From positions 162,564,001 to 162,628,000 of the forward strand of contig NC_042997.1 of the NCBI RefSeq assembly GCF_006345805.1: a stretch of DNA of 64,000 bases. Reading direction: 5' to 3'. The notes under the pieces were generated by a model. The model did no database searches and was not told the origin of the DNA. It saw only the letters and a list, made by a program, of their open reading frames with translations. The number at the start of each line of letters is the position of its first letter. Position 1 is the first letter of the stretch. The stretch comes from Octopus sinensis (taxonomy: Eukaryota). Of the stretch, positions 60,788 through 64,000 are shown one piece after another. The translations under genes and the position numbers were made by a program.

Positions 60788-63175
60788 ACTTACACACAGG
60801 CACAAAGATGCACACACACAATATGCCCATTTGGTTGGTTTCAACCATTTTTTTTTTGTCAGTGTTTCTATGGTAAACAATAATTTCAACTTGCACCCCA
60901 CCATCTTTGATGTCTGCAACCCTGTTGACTAAAATGTACTAAATGAAGTATAATTGATTTATTTTATTTGTGACTAATTAATTATCAAATATTGTAATCA
61001 CTTTATTTCAGAGTGATATTGTAGGAACTGTTAGCTGCTAGAGTAAGGGAACTGCAATAATTGGTTGCATCTAATTTAAATTCTGGGTTCAAATTCCATT
61101 GAGATTAATTTGGCTTTTCATCTTTTGTTGTGGTTGTTGTTTCTAGGTTAGTCCTGAAAAAGGCGACCTATGATATCAAAGACATTCCAGCTGTGATTAT
61201 CATGGTTTTTTGTATATAAGTAACTTCATTGTCTTGCTTCTTTTTTTTTTCTTTCATTTTTACTTGTAAGATGGATGCATGTGATTTGAAGGAGATTTGA
61301 TTGTTGTTTCTAGAAATTGAACAGTCAAATGGTGGTTCTCTTGTCCTTCAAAGGATTTATAAATGACATGATGATGATGCCAGATATATTTTACAAGGAT
61401 AGGTTCTCTTAATAAATGTACCAAAGTTAAATATAAAAATTACAGAAGCTATCCTTTTTTGTTTTTGTTTGTTTGTTTTAAGGATGTAGAAGGTTATTAT
61501 TTAATATATTTCTGTGTGATTAAATATGACATGTTGACATAGAAAACTATTATATTTGTTTTATATTTTTCTATGCTTTTTTTAATATGTTTAATGTGTT
61601 TTTGTTGTTTTGGTTATGAATAGTGCCACTCCTATCCTTCATAATACTTGAATGTGTTTGGACATGAGATGTAGTTGTGACTTGTTATCACTGATAACAA
61701 TCCTTGTGTGTATATTGGTGACAATATAGGACTGGCTTTTGAATGAAATGCAGCAGCTTGGGTTGTACAGTGTTGTTGTAATTTAGCCATAGGTTAGCCC
61801 TGGATAAGCAGACCTATGATGAAAGACATCCCAGCCATGGCTATCCTTTTTTTTCTCTTTTTTTTTTTTCAAGACATACTATGTACCCCAGATTACATTC
61901 TACAATGTCTTTGTTTTAAAGATGTGGTCTGATATGAAAGAGATTTGGTTGCTATTTCTTATCTGTTGAGTAAACATATGAAGGCTCCTTCATTGGATTG
62001 ATGTTATATGATTAAATTATATAGAAGCTAAAGATAAGTAAATGAAATGAAATTAATAAAAAAATAACATTTGAAAAGTTTCAACTTCAGTAGATACTAA
62101 TTACTCTAATTATGTAATGAACAGATATTCTCATGCGAAGCATCCTGTTGTATATTTTACATTTATTTAGATTTTCTGTTGTAAAGCCAGAGTTAATTTA
62201 ATAACTAAAATCACTCTTGTTGGAATTTCTGTTGCAAATTATTTGCGTTAATTAATGGCCTGTGTGAATTAAACGTCTAAGTGGTTCTTTCAAAAATCTT
62301 GGTGAGATGATACAACACTTTCCCACCTTAAAATTTCAGTAGAATATTAATATTTTAACATAGTTAAATGTGAGAATCATAGGAGAAATACATACTAAAT
62401 AAATTTGCATTATGCTGAGCCAACAACAGAGCCATTGTGTTTATGTGGACGTTCAGTCTACTGGAAGTAGCTGTCACATCTCCTTCAAATCGCTCTTATA
62501 AACGAGGTAGGATGTATTGGGCAGGATAGCATGGTCACAGATGGAATGTTGTCGATCATATGTCTGTTCAGTCAAGCTAACCTGTGACTGACTAATCAAC
62601 ATGTATTATGTAATTACTAAAAACATATTTTAATGCTGCTGTTCATCATCACCATCATCATCATTGCCATCATCATCACTATCGTCATCATCACAACCAA
62701 TACCCAGTACCACCACTATCATCATTATCATTAATAATATCATGGCAACAAGCTGGCAGAGTCATTAGCACTCCAGCCAAAATGCTTAGTGACATTTTGT
62801 TCACCTTTATGTTCTGAGTTCAAAATTCACCAAGATCAACTTTGCCTTTCACCTTTTCAGGGTCAATCAAATAAGTACCAATTGAGCACCAGGGTTGATG
62901 TAATTGACTCTCCACAAAATTATTGGCCTTGTGACAAAATCTGAAACCATTATTATTATCATTATTAAGATGGCAAGCTAGTAGAATCATTAACATGATG
63001 GACAAAATGCTGAGTAACATTTTGCCTGTCTTTATATTCTCAGTTCAAATTTTGTCACGGTCACCTTTGCCTTTCATTTTATTATCATTATTTTGAATTT
63101 ATGAAGTTAACAGAGATGTTTCTTTGTATTTAAATGCAGGAAACATTTTGTTGAAGCTGTAGCTTTTGTTAATTT

Positions 63176-64000
63176 TTGATGGTAAGAAAATCGCCATTGG
63201 CTTCAATCACAGCCTCTGGATGACTTCAGAATCTCCTGTAACTCTTCTGGATGGTCTCCTTGTTTAAGTTGGTGAATGCTGCCATAATCCTTGCCTTCAG
63301 TTCATCTTTGGTGTTACAAGGAGTTTTATTTGCGCCCCACACATAATAACCAAGGGGTTTACGGTCTGGGGAGTTAGGTGGCCAGATGTTAGTGATGATG
63401 TGGTGGTTGCAGAAATTGTCTGATAGCCATGACTGGGTTCTCCTGCTTGTGTGGCATGGTACTGTGTCCTGTTGCTAGACATAGGGTCTTCCAGCAGCCA
63501 CCCTCTTGACCCAGGGCAGCACTACCACCTCCAGGCACTTGATGTAGGCCTCCATGTTGAGTGTTAGGCTGTGTGGGAAGATGAATAGAGGCATAACATC
63601 GCCATCACTAGTGGTCACTTCAGACACTTTGATGTTGAATGGATGTTTGATTTTTATCACTTTTGGTGCATATTTTGGGATGATGGCAAACCAACAGTAT
63701 TTCTGTGTTCATCATCTGATCCTGGCTGAAATTTTTCTCTGAGAAAAACCAAAGCATGTTCTTTTGGAAGGGATGCTCAAGTTTGTTCAAAAGCTTCATA
63801 GCATGATCTTTCCTCTTGCCCTTGATGGTTTGGGATAAAAATTGGCCCTTTCTCATCTTGTATGAGGAATACTAAATGTTTTCATGCACTACCTGCCTGA
63901 TAAGAAACTTGACACTCCCATATCCCTGACTTGCAGGAATCGTTGTCAATCATGGCTTCAATCTCATCAACAAATTTAGGAGTTCTTTTCTTATCAGAAC
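63176..64000 (-). mobile_element. maT (DD37D-like) transposase remnant, runs off window end
   Basis: KLLNKLEHP...LWFFS-EKNF, TSDGDVMPLFIFP...PWVKRVAAGRPYV*QQDTVPCHTSRRTQSWL...WPPNSPDRKPLGYYVWG; first and third catalytic D lost. Confidence 0.9.

Noticed and set aside
54330-64000. TBC1D13 exon 3 (expected G.P....R...WK)
   Set aside because: No matching exon found; likely beyond the window end

Overview
AT-rich, repeat-dense animal genomic DNA. It is most likely a coleoid cephalopod (Octopus sp.), inferred from the SINE, RTE and MITE families and the microsatellite load. Main content: (1) 20 coding exons of TBC1D31/WDR67 (WD40 + degenerate TBC + coiled coil) on the + strand, 4886-41112. They splice in one continuous frame (2623 nt) to a TAA stop; the first exons were not found and probably lie upstream of the window. 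(2) The first two coding exons of a second Rab-GAP gene, TBC1D13 (+ strand, 53001-53020 and 54256-54329), preceded by a locally CpG-richer promoter-like region. (3) A dense layer of transposons: tRNA-derived SINEs, RTE and CR1-type LINE ends, piggyBac/hAT/Tc1 MITEs, an internally deleted mariner just after the TBC1D31 stop, two maT-like transposase relics and Penelope-like remnants. The most interesting observations are a TSD-flanked palindrome carrying two oppositely oriented hammerhead-ribozyme cores (58956-59209), an unresolved and disrupted multi-exon gene-like relic on the minus strand between the two TBC genes (42124-52406), a Penelope GIY-YIG relic with an internal duplication and low-complexity expansion, and SINEs that share one head but carry three different tails. 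All protein-family comparisons were made by eye from remembered sequences, not by database search.
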